Sequence record: AP025670.1
Source: a plasmid
Direction: 5' to 3' (one strand)
Length of the DNA stretch: 64,000 nt
A program made the position numbers and the translations under genes. The number at the start of each line of letters is the position of its first letter. The stretch's first letter is position 1. Below the pieces are notes generated by a model, which saw only the letters and a list, made by a program, of their open reading frames with translations, did not search any database and had not been told where the DNA came from. Shown piece by piece: positions 39,156 to 53,506 of the stretch.

Positions 39156-39815
39156 AGTCAGGATAAAGAAGTTGTCGATTCAGTAACTACACGAAAAACA
39201 AGACGGAAAAAAGTAACTTCTGTACCGTCGTCTGAATACCAAATGCATTTAGATACCACTATTGCGATTGATGCCTATCATCAACGGTTCTTTGTAGCAA
39301 GCCAAGCCGCCTATTTGTTGGAACAGCGCCTTGAACGCTGTCTTATGCATCGAGACAAAATTATGCGTGATCGAGCTGCTGCTATCATGAAGTCACTCAA
39401 TCAGGCAGTTGATAGTAATTTTTCTGATATAGAAAACTATAAGCAGACATTGGCACAGGTCATAGCTGAAGTAGAGGCTGAACGGGGTACTAAATATGAG
39501 TTATTGAGTTACTCTACTCCCCGCGATATGACGATTGAAAACCGTACCTATCTGGCTACACGAATGTGCAGTGGTTTAGAAACACTGGATCTCATAATCA
39601 AGTACCTTGATGTTTGCCGACATTACTCGTTAGTACCATTGGCTGAAATACTGGAAACTCAAATCACTGCCGATAAGCGTATTCGCGGTATATTTAGTAC
39701 GATTATTCGTCATGGCGAAACAATGAAGCGTTTAGAAATCGATCATTCGATAAATGCAAAAAATGCTAAAAATGAATTAAATAATAATGACAGCACTGGT
39801 GCTGAAGATAAATAA
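39156..39815 (+). CDS. hypothetical protein (about 220 aa from MSQDKE; the ORF is listed from 39051)
   Basis: ORF; the GGAGAAAAC RBS-like sequence precedes 39156. Confidence 0.35.
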   Translation, partial: SQDKEVVDSVTTRKTRRKKVTSVPSSEYQMHLDTTIAIDAYHQRFFVASQAAYLLEQRLERCLMHRDKIMRDRAAAIMKSLNQAVDSNFSDIENYKQTLAQVIAEVEAERGTKYELLSYSTPRDMTIENRTYLATRMCSGLETLDLIIKYLDVCRHYSLVPLAEILETQITADKRIRGIFSTIIRHGETMKRLEIDHSINAKNAKNELNNNDSTGAEDK

Positions 39816-39840
39816 TTTTTCTGTAAACTAAATGTATAAA

Positions 39841-39862
39841 GGTGGTCAGCTACGTGACCACC
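39841..39862. terminator. Bidirectional terminator GGTGGTCA-gctacg-TGACCACC between convergent genes
   Basis: 8-bp perfect stem. Confidence 0.55.
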
Positions 39863-39879
39863 TAGTTAATATTTTAAAT

Positions 39880-40515
39880 TTATAATTCATTACTATTTGG
39901 TGGAATAACTGTAAATTCTTTATCTTTTGCATTCGATTCTAGCAACATTATCTTTTCTCTCAACCTATAAATTTCAATATCTATTTTATATTGTTTATGT
40001 GCCTTTCTGTTAAGAATTGAGGGTTTTTTAGGCTCGGTATCTAAATTATAAATTGGATGTAGATACCAGTCTTTATTTCTAACCACAGTAGGGGATGGAT
40101 TCCAGTCTACACCTTGAAAAATAAGCCCGCGAGTATTCGGATATACGACTGATTGCCAATGATTTAGTGTGCTAAATGTTGATATGTTATTTGGGTCATA
40201 TTTTACTTCATCTGAAGTTATCAAGTGAAAAATACTATTTTCAAATTCTGGCGGGGGGAGGGGCTGATCAAATGTGTTACCAAATGCTAATTTATGAATC
40301 CCTTTAAACTTGAATATAAGTCGTATTTGCGCGTTTGTTTCGTAATCTTCTATTTTATCCTTTATGTGAAAATTAGCATGTCTGCCTACATCTTTATTAC
40401 TATAAATATTTTCACTTTCTAAAATTGATATGGCTGATTTAATAGATGTCCAATGATATAACTTTTCAAATAAGTTTATTTTAATTTCAGGAACAGCATA
40501 AATTTTAGTTATCAT
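39880..40515 (-). CDS. hypothetical protein (211 aa)
   Basis: ORF only. Confidence 0.35.
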   Translation of the reverse strand: MITKIYAVPEIKINLFEKLYHWTSIKSAISILESENIYSNKDVGRHANFHIKDKIEDYETNAQIRLIFKFKGIHKLAFGNTFDQPLPPPEFENSIFHLITSDEVKYDPNNISTFSTLNHWQSVVYPNTRGLIFQGVDWNPSPTVVRNKDWYLHPIYNLDTEPKKPSILNRKAHKQYKIDIEIYRLREKIMLLESNAKDKEFTVIPPNSNEL

Positions 40516-40661
40516 ATTACCCTTATTTTACGTAATGTACTCTCTGTTAAAGAGTACATTACATGCTTTTAAAGTATGATTCTACAACAATCCATCCACT
40601 GAAAGATCATATACGTACTTTCTTGTCCTGATCCCGTAGGGTATCTGAATGAGCCCCCCTG

Positions 40662-41481
40662 GGCACTGTTGCAAAGTTAGCGATGAGGCAGCCTTTTGTC
40701 TTATTCAAAGGCCTTACATTTCAAAAACTCTGCTTACCAGGCGCATTTCGCCCAGGGGATCACCATAATAAAATGCTGAGGCCTGGCCTTTGCGTAGTGC
40801 ACGCATCACCTCAATACCTTTGATGGTGGCGTAAGCCGTCTTCATGGATTTAAATCCCAGCGTGGCGCCGATTATCCGTTTCAGTTTGCCATGATCGCAT
40901 TCAATCACGTTGTTCCGGTACTTAATCTGTCGGTGTTCAACGTCAGACGGGCACCGGCCTTCGCGTTTGAGCAGAGCAAGCGCGCGACCATAGGCGGGCG
41001 CTTTATCCGTGTTGATGAATCGCGGGATCTGCCACTTCTTCACGTTGTTGAGGATTTTACCCAGAAACCGGTATGCAGCTTTGCTGTTACGACGGGAGGA
41101 GAGATAAAAATCGACAGTGCGGCCCCGGCTGTCGACGGCCCGGTACAGATACGCCCAGCGGCCATTGACCTTCACGTAGGTTTCATCCATGTGCCACGGG
41201 CAAAGATCGGAAGGGTTACGCCAGTACCAGCGCAGCCGTTTTTCCATTTCAGGCGCATAACGCTGAACCCAGCGGTAAATCGTGGAGTGATCGACATTCA
41301 CTCCGCGTTCAGCCAGCATCTCCTGCAGCTCACGGTAACTGATGCCGTATTTGCAGTACCAGCGTACGGCCCACAGAATGATGTCACGCTGAAAATGCCG
41401 GCCTTTGAATGGGTTCATGTGCAGCTCCATCAGCAAAAGGGGATGATAAGTTTATCACCACCGACTATTTGCAACAGTGCC
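40662..41481 (-). mobile_element. IS26: IS26, second copy, inverted relative to the first
   Basis: Identical 820 bp with inverted repeats at 40662-40675 and 41468-41481; the flanking 8-mers differ (no target-site duplication). Confidence 0.95.
40714..41418 (-). CDS. tnpA: IS26 transposase Tnp26
   Basis: Protein identical to the first copy. Confidence 0.95.
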   Translation of the reverse strand: MNPFKGRHFQRDIILWAVRWYCKYGISYRELQEMLAERGVNVDHSTIYRWVQRYAPEMEKRLRWYWRNPSDLCPWHMDETYVKVNGRWAYLYRAVDSRGRTVDFYLSSRRNSKAAYRFLGKILNNVKKWQIPRFINTDKAPAYGRALALLKREGRCPSDVEHRQIKYRNNVIECDHGKLKRIIGATLGFKSMKTAYATIKGIEVMRALRKGQASAFYYGDPLGEMRLVSRVFEM

Positions 41482-44594
<3,113 letters not shown>

Positions 44595-44659
44595 CAGAAA
44601 GAGGGCGGTACATTCGGTGAATGTGCCGCCCTTTTTCTGGTGCTGGGGGAATACCCCCG

Positions 44660-45082
44660 CTAGTCGTACTGCTCTTCCATCCAGGCCTCGACGATGAGCT
44701 GGGCGGAGACGCCATCCACGCTGCCCTTGTCCAGGGCCTTGTAGCCGCCACGCTCGAACAGGCGGGCGCGTGCGTCCGTGGTGGTGAGCCGTTCGTCCTT
44801 GAATTCCACTGGCTTGCCGAAGCGGCCGTGCAGGCGGTTGCCAAACTTGCGGGCCCGCACCGTGATCTCCTGATCCGTGCCGTCCATGTTCAGCGGCAAT
44901 CCCACCACCAGCAGGTCCGGCTGCCACTCCTTGAGCAATTTCTCTATCTCGTCCCAGTTGGGGATGCCGTCGTTGGCCTTGAGGGAACGAAGGGGGCGGG
45001 CGCTGCCGGTGATCTCCTGGCCGATGGCGACACCTATGCTCTTGGTGCCGTAATCAAAGCCCATGATGCTGCGTGATGACAT
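44660..45082 (-). CDS. yqgF: YqgF/RuvC-like Holliday-junction resolvase (Aeromonas chromosomal passenger)
   Basis: …[16 protein letters not shown]… DxGxKxIGxA motif. Confidence 0.8.
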   Translation of the reverse strand: MSSRSIMGFDYGTKSIGVAIGQEITGSARPLRSLKANDGIPNWDEIEKLLKEWQPDLLVVGLPLNMDGTDQEITVRARKFGNRLHGRFGKPVEFKDERLTTTDARARLFERGGYKALDKGSVDGVSAQLIVEAWMEEQYD

Positions 45083-45141
45083 GGGGTTCCTTACAACGGA
45101 ATGAGTAAAAGGGGCCCTTGGGGCCCGCTTGGTACAAGGCT

Positions 45142-45297
45142 AGCTATGCCCCACCTGGCTGGAGAGGTGCAGGGGATTGACGCCTATGCTGATGGCGACA
45201 ATGGCCTGCGGCCAGCGTTGGCGGTGCATCAAGGTATCAAACCGCATCAGCTATGCCCCACCTGGCTGGAGAGATGCAGGGGATTGACGCCTATGCT
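45142..45297. repeat. 49-bp direct repeat (AGCTATGCCCCACCTGGCTGGAGAG[G/A]TGCAGGGGATTGACGCCTATGCT) at 45142-45190 and 45249-45297
   Basis: Two copies 107 bp apart with one mismatch. The second copy is the 3' end of yqgE and the first lies in the yqgE-yqgF spacer. Confidence 0.8.
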
Positions 45298-45801
45298 CGC
45301 GGCGGCCTGTTGCCAGCGCAGGTGGATGGGGGTGTCGAAGACCAGTTTGGGATTGGGCGGGATCACCAGCCAGGCGCCATCCGCCAGCTCCTGCTCCAGC
45401 TGCCCTGCGCTCCAGCCGGCGTAGCCGAGGGCCACCAGCCAGTGGTCCGGGGCTTGGTCGGTGCCCAGGGTCTCGAGGATGTCCTTGGAGGTGGTGACCA
45501 TCATCTCGTCGCTCACCTGCAAGGTGGAGTTGAAGCCCGGGCGGAAGCTGTGCAGCACGAAGCCGCGATCCCCGTGCACCGGGCCGCCCTGCAGCACCGG
45601 CTGCTTCATCTCGGCCGTATCGGGGGGGCTCAGCTTGAGCTTGGTCAGCATGGTGTCCAGGGACATGTCGACCGGAATGTTGACCACCAGGCCCATGGCG
45701 CCTTCGCTGCTGTGCTCGCACAGGTAGACCAGGGAGCGCTGGAAATAGGCGTCCGTGAGGCTCGGCATGGCGAGCAGGAAGTGATTTTGCAATGTCTGCA
45801 T
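45247..45801 (-). CDS. yqgE: YqgE/AlgH-family (UPF0301) protein
   Basis: MQTLQNHFLLAMPSLTDAYFQRSLVYLCEH… parallels E. coli YqgE. The longer listed ORF start is upstream out-of-frame read-through. Confidence 0.75.
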   Translation of the reverse strand: MQTLQNHFLLAMPSLTDAYFQRSLVYLCEHSSEGAMGLVVNIPVDMSLDTMLTKLKLSPPDTAEMKQPVLQGGPVHGDRGFVLHSFRPGFNSTLQVSDEMMVTTSKDILETLGTDQAPDHWLVALGYAGWSAGQLEQELADGAWLVIPPNPKLVFDTPIHLRWQQAAASIGVNPLHLSSQVGHS

Positions 45802-46042
45802 AGAGTGCATAGGACTAATAGTGCAAAGGTAGTTGGGGTGATTATGGCAGTTAGGGGCGGCAGGCAAAACCGCTTTTTGCGACCGGGGAAGGCGGTGGAT
45901 CGCCTCGGCGCAAGGGGATGAACGGGGCCTTTGAAGACCCCGGTCGGTTTTATTTACCCAGTCGGCCAAACTATCAGGTCAAGTCTGCTTTTATTATTTT
46001 TAAGCGTGCATAATAAGCCCTACACAAATTGGGAGATATATC

Positions 46043-46390
46043 ATGAAAGGCTGGCTTTTTCTTGTTATCGCAATAGTTGGCGAAGTAATCGCAACATCCG
46101 CATTAAAATCTAGCGAGGGCTTTACTAAGCTTGCCCCTTCCGCCGTTGTCATAATCGGTTATGGCATCGCATTTTATTTTCTTTCTCTGGTTCTGAAATC
46201 CATCCCTGTCGGTGTTGCTTATGCAGTCTGGTCGGGACTCGGCGTCGTCATAATTACAGCCATTGCCTGGTTGCTTCATGGGCAAAAGCTTGATGCGTGG
46301 GGCTTTGTAGGTATGGGGCTCATAATTGCTGCCTTTTTGCTCGCCCGATCCCCATCGTGGAAGTCGCTGCGGAGGCCGACGCCATGGTGA
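46043..46390 (+). CDS. qacEdelta1: QacEdelta1 truncated SMR efflux protein (3'-conserved segment)
   Basis: [41 protein letters not shown]… 115 aa; overlaps the sul1 start. Confidence 0.95.
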   Translation: MKGWLFLVIAIVGEVIATSALKSSEGFTKLAPSAVVIIGYGIAFYFLSLVLKSIPVGVAYAVWSGLGVVIITAIAWLLHGQKLDAWGFVGMGLIIAAFLLARSPSWKSLRRPTPW

Positions 46391-47223
46391 CGGTGTTCGG
46401 CATTCTGAATCTCACCGAGGACTCCTTCTTCGATGAGAGCCGGCGGCTAGACCCCGCCGGCGCTGTCACCGCGGCGATCGAAATGCTGCGAGTCGGATCA
46501 GACGTCGTGGATGTCGGACCGGCCGCCAGCCATCCGGACGCGAGGCCTGTATCGCCGGCCGATGAGATCAGACGTATTGCGCCGCTCTTAGACGCCCTGT
46601 CCGATCAGATGCACCGTGTTTCAATCGACAGCTTCCAACCGGAAACCCAGCGCTATGCGCTCAAGCGCGGCGTGGGCTACCTGAACGATATCCAAGGATT
46701 TCCTGACCCTGCGCTCTATCCCGATATTGCTGAGGCGGACTGCAGGCTGGTGGTTATGCACTCAGCGCAGCGGGATGGCATCGCCACCCGCACCGGTCAC
46801 CTTCGACCCGAAGACGCGCTCGACGAGATTGTGCGGTTCTTCGAGGCGCGGGTTTCCGCCTTGCGACGGAGCGGGGTCGCTGCCGACCGGCTCATCCTCG
46901 ATCCGGGGATGGGATTTTTCTTGAGCCCCGCACCGGAAACATCGCTGCACGTGCTGTCGAACCTTCAAAAGCTGAAGTCGGCGTTGGGGCTTCCGCTATT
47001 GGTCTCGGTGTCGCGGAAATCCTTCTTGGGCGCCACCGTTGGCCTTCCTGTAAAGGATCTGGGTCCAGCGAGCCTTGCGGCGGAACTTCACGCGATCGGC
47101 AATGGCGCTGACTACGTCCGCACCCACGCGCCTGGAGATCTGCGAAGCGCAATCACCTTCTCGGAAACCCTCGCGAAATTTCGCAGTCGCGACGCCAGAG
47201 ACCGAGGGTTAGATCATGCCTAG
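46384..47223 (+). CDS. sul1: sulfonamide-resistant dihydropteroate synthase Sul1
   Basis: [28 protein letters not shown]… 279 aa; ATG overlaps the qacEdelta1 end as in the 3'-CS. Confidence 0.95.
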   Translation: MVTVFGILNLTEDSFFDESRRLDPAGAVTAAIEMLRVGSDVVDVGPAASHPDARPVSPADEIRRIAPLLDALSDQMHRVSIDSFQPETQRYALKRGVGYLNDIQGFPDPALYPDIAEADCRLVVMHSAQRDGIATRTGHLRPEDALDEIVRFFEARVSALRRSGVAADRLILDPGMGFFLSPAPETSLHVLSNLQKLKSALGLPLLVSVSRKSFLGATVGLPVKDLGPASLAAELHAIGNGADYVRTHAPGDLRSAITFSETLAKFRSRDARDRGLDHA

Positions 47224-47350
47224 CATTCACCTTCCGGCCGCCCGCTAGCGGACCCTGGTCAGGTTCCGCGAAGGTGGGCGCAGACATGCTGGGCTCGTCA
47301 GGATCAAACTGCACTATGAGGCGGCGGTTCATACCGCGCCAGGGGAGCGA

Positions 47351-47851
47351 ATGGACAGCGAGGAGCCTCCGAACGTTCGGGTCGCCTGCTCGGGTGATAT
47401 CGACGAGGTTGTGCGGCTGATGCACGACGCTGCGGCGTGGATGTCCGCCAAGGGAACGCCCGCCTGGGACGTCGCGCGGATCGACCGGACATTCGCGGAG
47501 ACCTTCGTCCTGAGATCCGAGCTCCTAGTCGCGAGTTGCAGCGACGGCATCGTCGGCTGTTGCACCTTGTCGGCCGAGGATCCCGAGTTCTGGCCCGACG
47601 CCCTCAAGGGGGAGGCCGCATATCTGCACAAGCTCGCGGTGCGACGGACACATGCGGGCCGGGGTGTCAGCTCCGCGCTGATCGAGGCTTGCCGCCATGC
47701 CGCGCGAACGCAGGGGTGCGCCAAGCTGCGGCTCGACTGCCACCCGAACCTGCGTGGCCTATACGAGCGGCTCGGATTCACCCACGTCGACACTTTCAAT
47801 CCCGGCTGGGATCCAACCTTCATCGCAGAACGCCTAGAACTCGAAATCTAA
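47351..47851 (+). CDS. orf5 GNAT-family acetyltransferase of the class 1 integron 3'-CS
   Basis: 166-aa GNAT-like ORF in the canonical position after sul1. Confidence 0.8.
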   Translation: MDSEEPPNVRVACSGDIDEVVRLMHDAAAWMSAKGTPAWDVARIDRTFAETFVLRSELLVASCSDGIVGCCTLSAEDPEFWPDALKGEAAYLHKLAVRRTHAGRGVSSALIEACRHAARTQGCAKLRLDCHPNLRGLYERLGFTHVDTFNPGWDPTFIAERLELEI

Positions 47852-48385
47852 CGTCCGTTCGGGCATCGAGGTCCATGTCGGGGTGGGACGGGCCCGTGGC
47901 TTCAAGATCACTTGCAGTCCGACCGCGATGTCTTGGTTGCGCGAGAGGTTGTCGATATCCTCCACTTCCATCATCAACCCTGGATAATGCCGCCGCCGTC
48001 ATCGCCGCCGACGCCCGTGCCGGGCTTTTCGGGCCTGTCAGGCTTGCTCGGCCTTCAGCCTGCCTGGGCGAGATCTCCGGCGGACGGATTAACGGCGGAG
48101 CTTCGCCGCCTTTCGTGCGTGTGAAGGCCGAAGATAGTTCTCTCAAAAACATCCGTTTATGAGAGATACCAAAGCCGACAGTCTGCCGAAGGTTGAAGGT
48201 CTCTCAAAACTGCCTCTCGCTTCCGATCTCTCACCGATCTACGTTTCTAAGTGTTTTGAGAGGAGAACAGCATGTTGGTGGGGTACGCCAGGGTTTCGAC
48301 ACGTGATCAAACCCACGCTGTTGATTTGCACCCAAATTTGACCCGGGATTTGCATTGAATTTTGACCCACCCCTTGTTGTCAGAA

Positions 48386-49171
48386 TTATGTCTCGATTTT
48401 CAGTTTGCGGGTCTGTTTTTCCTCCTGCTTATTCTGAGTTGAACTGTGTTTGAAGCGGTAACTTTCATTGCCGGTTTCCAGGATGTGGCAGTGGTGGGTT
48501 AGTCGGTCCAACAACGCTGTTGTCATCTTTTCATCGCCAAACACTCGGCTCCATTCCGAGAAGCTCAAGTTGGTGGTCAGTATCACGCTGGTTTTTTCGT
48601 ACAGCTTTGAGAGCAGGTGAAACAGCAGTGCCCCACCGGTTTGGCTAAAAGGCAAATATCCCAGCTCATCCAGAATCACCAAATCGGCATACAACAGACG
48701 GTTTGCGATTTGTCCCTGACGCCCAGATGATTTCTCTTGCTCCAGTGCATTGACCAAATCCACGGTGGAGAAGAAACGCACCCGTCGGTTCAAGTGCATC
48801 ACTGCTTGTGTACCAATGGCTGTGGCCAGGTGAGTCTTGCCTGTGCCTGGCCCACCAATCAGCACCACGTTCTGGGCTTGTTCCATGAAGTCGCACCGGT
48901 GCAATTGTTTGACCGTGGCCTCATTAACCAGGCTTTGACTGAAGTCAAAGCCCACCAAGTCCCGATACACGGGGAACTTGGCCACCCGCAATTGATAGTT
49001 CACCGAACGTACTTCACGCTCTGCCACTTCAGCTTTAATCAAGCTGTCCAGCATGGGCAAGGCTTGATTAAATGCTGGTGAATTCTGATTGCCCAACTCC
49101 TCAATGGCGTGTGCCATGCCAAAGAGTTTCAAGGATTTGAGGATTCTCACATGGCCTTCATGCTGCATCAT
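48386..49171 (-). CDS. istB: IS21-family helper ATPase IstB
   Basis: Walker [12 protein letters not shown] and Walker B ILDELGY. Confidence 0.85.
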   Translation of the reverse strand: MMQHEGHVRILKSLKLFGMAHAIEELGNQNSPAFNQALPMLDSLIKAEVAEREVRSVNYQLRVAKFPVYRDLVGFDFSQSLVNEATVKQLHRCDFMEQAQNVVLIGGPGTGKTHLATAIGTQAVMHLNRRVRFFSTVDLVNALEQEKSSGRQGQIANRLLYADLVILDELGYLPFSQTGGALLFHLLSKLYEKTSVILTTNLSFSEWSRVFGDEKMTTALLDRLTHHCHILETGNESYRFKHSSTQNKQEEKQTRKLKIET

Positions 49172-50681
49172 GGGCTCTCCTTAAACTGTCATAGCGGTTC
49201 ACGTTGGCCTGTGGTTCCAATGTCAGCCTTAACCCCTTGGGAATTGGAATCGGTTTGGGTGGAGGTTCTTCGGTCAAACGTCCCAACAGATTAAGCACAT
49301 GCTCCTTCGATGGCTTGCCACACTCCAATGCCAATTCCACAGCACTGAGTACCGCACCTTCATCGTGGTGCAATACAAGGGCCAGAATTTCCACCATGTC
49401 ACGGTCACCGCCGGGGCGTTGCAGCAAGATGGATTGAAGCTTCTTGAACGCGGGTGGCAATTCAGCAAATGGCGCACCATTGCGCAACGCCCCAGGTTTC
49501 TTCTGAAGCACAGACAAGTAATGGTGCCAGTCGTATTGTGTGTGGCCACGCCGAGCGTGGCCACTGCCAAACAATCTTGGATGCTCGGCAATGTGTTGGC
49601 CTTCGGCAGCCATCACCAGCTTGTCTGCATAAATCCGAAGGCTGATGGCCCTGTTGGCGTAACTGGCAGGAACGCTGTAGCGATTGCCCTCGTGGTGAAC
49701 AAGGCAGGTTGAAGTGACTCGCTTGGTTTGCTCCACGAATGCATCAAAGGCATTGGGTAGCGCCATCAACTCGCCTTGTTCATCGGCAAAGGCCTCTTGC
49801 ACGGTTTGGTCCAATTCGGGGTGGCGCAGCTCAGACCACAGCGCTTTGCAGCGATGCTCAAGCCACACATTCAAATCAGCAAGGCTTTGAAAGTCTGGTG
49901 CCCCTTGCCACAGGCGTTGGCGGGAATCCTGCACGTTCTTCTCAATCTGGCCTTTCTCCCAACCCGATGCTGGATTACAGAACTGCGCATCAAACAGGTA
50001 GTGGCTGACCATGGCAGTGAACCGCTGATTGACCCTGCGCTCTTTGCCACGCCCCACCGAATCCACAGCGGTCTTCATGTTGTCGTAGATGCCGCGCTTG
50101 GGAATGCCACCGAAGATTTGAAAGGCATGCCAGTGGGCATCAAACAGCATTTCATGTTTTTGCTGGTAGTAAGCCCGAAGCACAAAGGCCCGGCTGTGGG
50201 CCAACTTAAACTGGGCAATCTGAAGTTTGACCTGTTTGCCCGCTATGCGGGCAAAGTCCTCACTCCAATCGAATTGGAAGGCTTCGCCACAAGCAAAGCG
50301 CAAGGGGATGAAACAACCCTTGCCCGAGGTTTGCGCCTTGAACTGTTCGGAATCTTTCCACTGTCGGGCAAAGGCACACACTCGGTCATAAGACCCGGTA
50401 AAGCCCAAAGCGACCAAATCCCGGTACATGCTGCGCAGGTTTCTGCGCAGCTTCTTTGTCTTTTTGTGCTCGGTGGAGAGCCACTGCCTTAACTTGGGCT
50501 CAAAAGGACTTAACTTGCCAACGCTGTCTCGCGCTGGGTACTGCGGTTCAACCACCTTGCTTTGCAAATACTTGCGAACGGTGTTCCTGGACAGGCCGCT
50601 TCGTCGGGCTATTTCCCGAATCGACGCACCATCGCGAAAATGCCAGCGTCGAATTGCGCTCAATATCGCCACGTTTATCAC
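49158..50681 (-). CDS. istA: IS21-family transposase IstA
   Basis: HTH N-terminus and DDE core; overlaps the istB start. Confidence 0.85.
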   Translation of the reverse strand: MINVAILSAIRRWHFRDGASIREIARRSGLSRNTVRKYLQSKVVEPQYPARDSVGKLSPFEPKLRQWLSTEHKKTKKLRRNLRSMYRDLVALGFTGSYDRVCAFARQWKDSEQFKAQTSGKGCFIPLRFACGEAFQFDWSEDFARIAGKQVKLQIAQFKLAHSRAFVLRAYYQQKHEMLFDAHWHAFQIFGGIPKRGIYDNMKTAVDSVGRGKERRVNQRFTAMVSHYLFDAQFCNPASGWEKGQIEKNVQDSRQRLWQGAPDFQSLADLNVWLEHRCKALWSELRHPELDQTVQEAFADEQGELMALPNAFDAFVEQTKRVTSTCLVHHEGNRYSVPASYANRAISLRIYADKLVMAAEGQHIAEHPRLFGSGHARRGHTQYDWHHYLSVLQKKPGALRNGAPFAELPPAFKKLQSILLQRPGGDRDMVEILALVLHHDEGAVLSAVELALECGKPSKEHVLNLLGRLTEEPPPKPIPIPKGLRLTLEPQANVNRYDSLRRAHDAA

Positions 50682-50782
50682 TCCTTGATTTCTCCCGCCA
50701 TATCCAGACGGGAAACAGTGTCATACGTGGGTCAAATTTCGACGCAAATCTTTACCCTAAGTGGGTCAATTTTAGATGCAAC

Positions 50783-51652
50783 TCAACAGGCCATGCTGAG
50801 TGTGCGATGGTTGATCGCTTCCTCGCCGCTCTCCACGGCGACGATGGCCGCCGCCATCAGCAAGTGCGCCAGTTCCCCTATGGTGCCCTCGCTGCGTGTG
50901 AGCAGGTAGCGAGCCATGTCCAGCGTGGCAATTGGGGAAGGCCGGCGCAGCGGGAGCGAAGCGGCGAAGCTGGCCAGCAGTGAGCAGCAATCGTCGTTGG
51001 CCTCCCATACCGGCAGCATCATCGGCTCGAAGCGATTTTCCAACTGGTCATCGGAGCGGATGGCTAGGTAGGCGTCGCGCGTGCCTACCCCAACCAACGG
51101 GATGCGCAGTTCGTTGCCGAGGAAGCGCAGCAGGTTGAGGAATTCCCGGCGGTTGACGCTGTTGCCGGCCAGCACGTTGTGCAGCTCGTCGATCACCAGC
51201 ATGCGCACGCCGACCTTGCGCAGCAGTGCCAGAGCCAGTTGCTCCATTTCCGGCAACCGTGGGCGTGGGCGCAGCGGCGCGCCCATCGCGGCGAGCAGCG
51301 CGACGTAGAAGCGGATCACGGACGGCTCGGACGGCATCTGCACGACCAACACCGGGATGTACTCCTGGTCGGCGTCGGAGCTGGCCGGGTGGGTGCGGCG
51401 GAACTTCTCGACGATCATCGACTTGCCATTGTTGGTCGGGCCAACCAGCAGCAGGTTGGGCATGCGTTGCTTGTTTGGCCACGCATAAAGGGCTTCCAGC
51501 CGGTTCAGCGCCTCGACTGCGCGCGGATAGCCGATCCAGCGGTCGGCGCGAAGGCGCTGGATGCGCTCGTCCGCCGGAAGACGGGCCAAGCCCTGGGCCG
51601 CCGGCAGCAGGTGGGACAGGTCGATGATGGGATATTCGTCCACGGCTACCAC
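50783..51652 (-). pseudogene. tniB: tniB (Tn402 transposition ATPase), 3'-truncated at the IS21-family element (tniBdelta)
   Basis: 289 aa versus about 302 aa expected. Walker A GPTNNGKS. The gene ends exactly at the IS boundary. Confidence 0.75.
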
Positions 51653-53325
51653 TCCTCAATCTGGTCGAACGGTTTGGCGGGTGGCAAGTTGTCTGCCTGC
51701 GGGTCGGCAATATCCGTATCCGGCGGAACGGGCTTGTCCGGCCGAGCTGATGTCTTGAGGTGCTGGCGGCGATCCGCGTCACGCCGCGCCTTGCGTGTGG
51801 CCTTCTGCGCGCTGGTCACAATCTCACGCATCTGGCCGATCATGCGGAACAGCGCCGACTCATCCACCTGTTCGCGCCCTTGCTGCCGCAGTTTCGCCAG
51901 CGCCTGCCGTTGTTCCCAGAGGGTGACAGCCGGATGCGACAAGGTACGGTAGGGAATTTCCAGGTAATGCTGTCCCTCCGGTTCCAGGACCCAGATACGG
52001 CTGATGTCGCGCGGATCGCGCCGGATCAGAAAGGACGGCCAGCGTTCACGCCGCGCAATCCACGGCTTGAGCGCATCGGCGTAGTAGTGGATGTGGTCGA
52101 TGACAAAGCCGGTGCGGGTCAGCGTGCGCCGGAGGATCGGCAGAAAATCGACCAGGAACGAAGTAGCGCGTGTGACGACGGCCGGTACGCCGACACGCGC
52201 CACGGCCTCGGCCCAGCGCGCGGCCGGCGGTTGGAGCAGGCCGTTGTGCACCGAACCGTGGTAGGTGCCGACCGCCAATGTGAGCCAGCGCTCTAGCTCG
52301 CGCAGCGTCAGGGCGGCCTTGTTTTCGGAATCGTAGTCGCCGCGCTGGTCAGGGTTGGAGAAGGTCGTTCCCGGCAGTTCGTCGTGAATCATCTGCATCG
52401 CCGTGCCGATGATCCGTTCCACGATGCCGCCATAGTGCGGCTGTCCCAGCGGGCGATAGTCCAGCCGGATGCCATGCTGCTCGCAACCCCGGCGCAGGGC
52501 CTCGCTCTTGAACTCGGCCGCGTTGTCTAGGTAGAGCAGCAAGGGCTTGCCGCTCATCTGCCAATCCATTTCCACGTTCAGTCCTTCCAGCCAAGGGCGC
52601 TTGTCGCAGGCGACATGCACGAGGCACAGGCCAACCGAAACGGCAGACGGCGCTTCCAGCGTGACGACCATGCCGAGCACGCAGCGGGTGAACACGTCGA
52701 TGGCGAGGGTCAGGTACGGGCGGCCAATAGGTTGCCGGTCGCGGTCATCGACCACGATCAGGTCGATGACCGTATGGTCTATCTGCACCTGCTCCAGCGG
52801 CGCGGTCACGGCAGGAGGCTCGCCGCCCACACCTTGTAGGTCACGAGCGGCATCCTGGCCTTCCCGCCGGCGGATGACCTTGCGCGGGTCAAGGCTAGCG
52901 ATCCGTAAGGCCACGGTATTGCGCGCCGGCACTCGCAGTTTTTGAGCCTTGCACACCTGAGTGACTTCGCGGTGAAAGGCCGCTAGGCTGCGCTTCTGCT
53001 TGGTCAGGAACCGCTTTTGCAGTAGCTCGTGGATGACGCGCTCGACCGGTTCCGGCAAGCGCCCCTTACCTTTACCTCCACCGGACTGGCCGGGCACCAG
53101 ATCCGTCACGAGGCCGCTGCCTTGCCGGGCACGCCGGATCAGAACGTATACCTGGCGCCGAGACAAGCCCAGCGCCTGAGCCGCCATATCGGCCGCTTCG
53201 TGCCCGACCGTCTCCGACTGCGCCAACGGACTGATGATCTCCGCACGACGGCGCGCACGCTCCCAAGCCTCATCAGGCAGAGTGGCCACGCCTTGTTCTG
53301 GAATCCGTGGGGTGTCCGTCGCCAT
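51646..53325 (-). CDS. tniA: TniA transposase (Tn402/Tn5053 family DDE)
   Basis: 559 aa from MATDTPRIPEQGV…; overlaps the tniB start. Confidence 0.9.
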   Translation of the reverse strand: MATDTPRIPEQGVATLPDEAWERARRRAEIISPLAQSETVGHEAADMAAQALGLSRRQVYVLIRRARQGSGLVTDLVPGQSGGGKGKGRLPEPVERVIHELLQKRFLTKQKRSLAAFHREVTQVCKAQKLRVPARNTVALRIASLDPRKVIRRREGQDAARDLQGVGGEPPAVTAPLEQVQIDHTVIDLIVVDDRDRQPIGRPYLTLAIDVFTRCVLGMVVTLEAPSAVSVGLCLVHVACDKRPWLEGLNVEMDWQMSGKPLLLYLDNAAEFKSEALRRGCEQHGIRLDYRPLGQPHYGGIVERIIGTAMQMIHDELPGTTFSNPDQRGDYDSENKAALTLRELERWLTLAVGTYHGSVHNGLLQPPAARWAEAVARVGVPAVVTRATSFLVDFLPILRRTLTRTGFVIDHIHYYADALKPWIARRERWPSFLIRRDPRDISRIWVLEPEGQHYLEIPYRTLSHPAVTLWEQRQALAKLRQQGREQVDESALFRMIGQMREIVTSAQKATRKARRDADRRQHLKTSARPDKPVPPDTDIADPQADNLPPAKPFDQIEEW

Positions 53326-53441
53326 GCTCACCTCGCTTTGGTGCACACGAGTATTGAGCATAGTCGAGATTGGTGCAGATCACTTCTGATATTGAACTGT
53401 CAGGAGCTGGCTGCACAACAGCCATTACGCCCAATCAACTG

Positions 53442-53466
53442 GTGCAGTCGTCTTCTGAAAATGACA
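53442..53466. repeat. IRt, the 25-bp terminal inverted repeat of the class 1 integron / Tn402 tni module
   Basis: GTGCAGTCGTCTTCTGAAAATGACA, about 115 bp beyond the tniA start. Confidence 0.8.
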
Positions 53467-53506
53467 TCGTTTGCACATGGCATCTGACATCAAGTTAGGG
53501 TATGCC

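Larger units (their letters stand above)
48316..50785 (-). mobile_element. IS1326: IS21-family insertion sequence (IS1326-like, about 2.47 kb) with multiply repeated terminal motifs
   Basis: istA (507 aa) and istB (261 aa) on the minus strand. Termini carry repeated ATTTGCA…TTTGACCC / GGGTCAAATTT motifs. The position between orf5 and tniBdelta is as in In2-type integrons. Confidence 0.7.

Noticed and set aside
47437-48162. 241-aa plus-strand ORF overlapping orf5
   Set aside because: GC-rich alternative frame with Arg/Pro-rich low-complexity translation. orf5 in the other frame is the established gene
48273-48311. MLVGYARVSTRDQ resolvase-like start codon block abutting the IS21-family element
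   Set aside because: Only 13 codons remain (a probable tniR/tniC remnant). It is too short to call a feature with confidence
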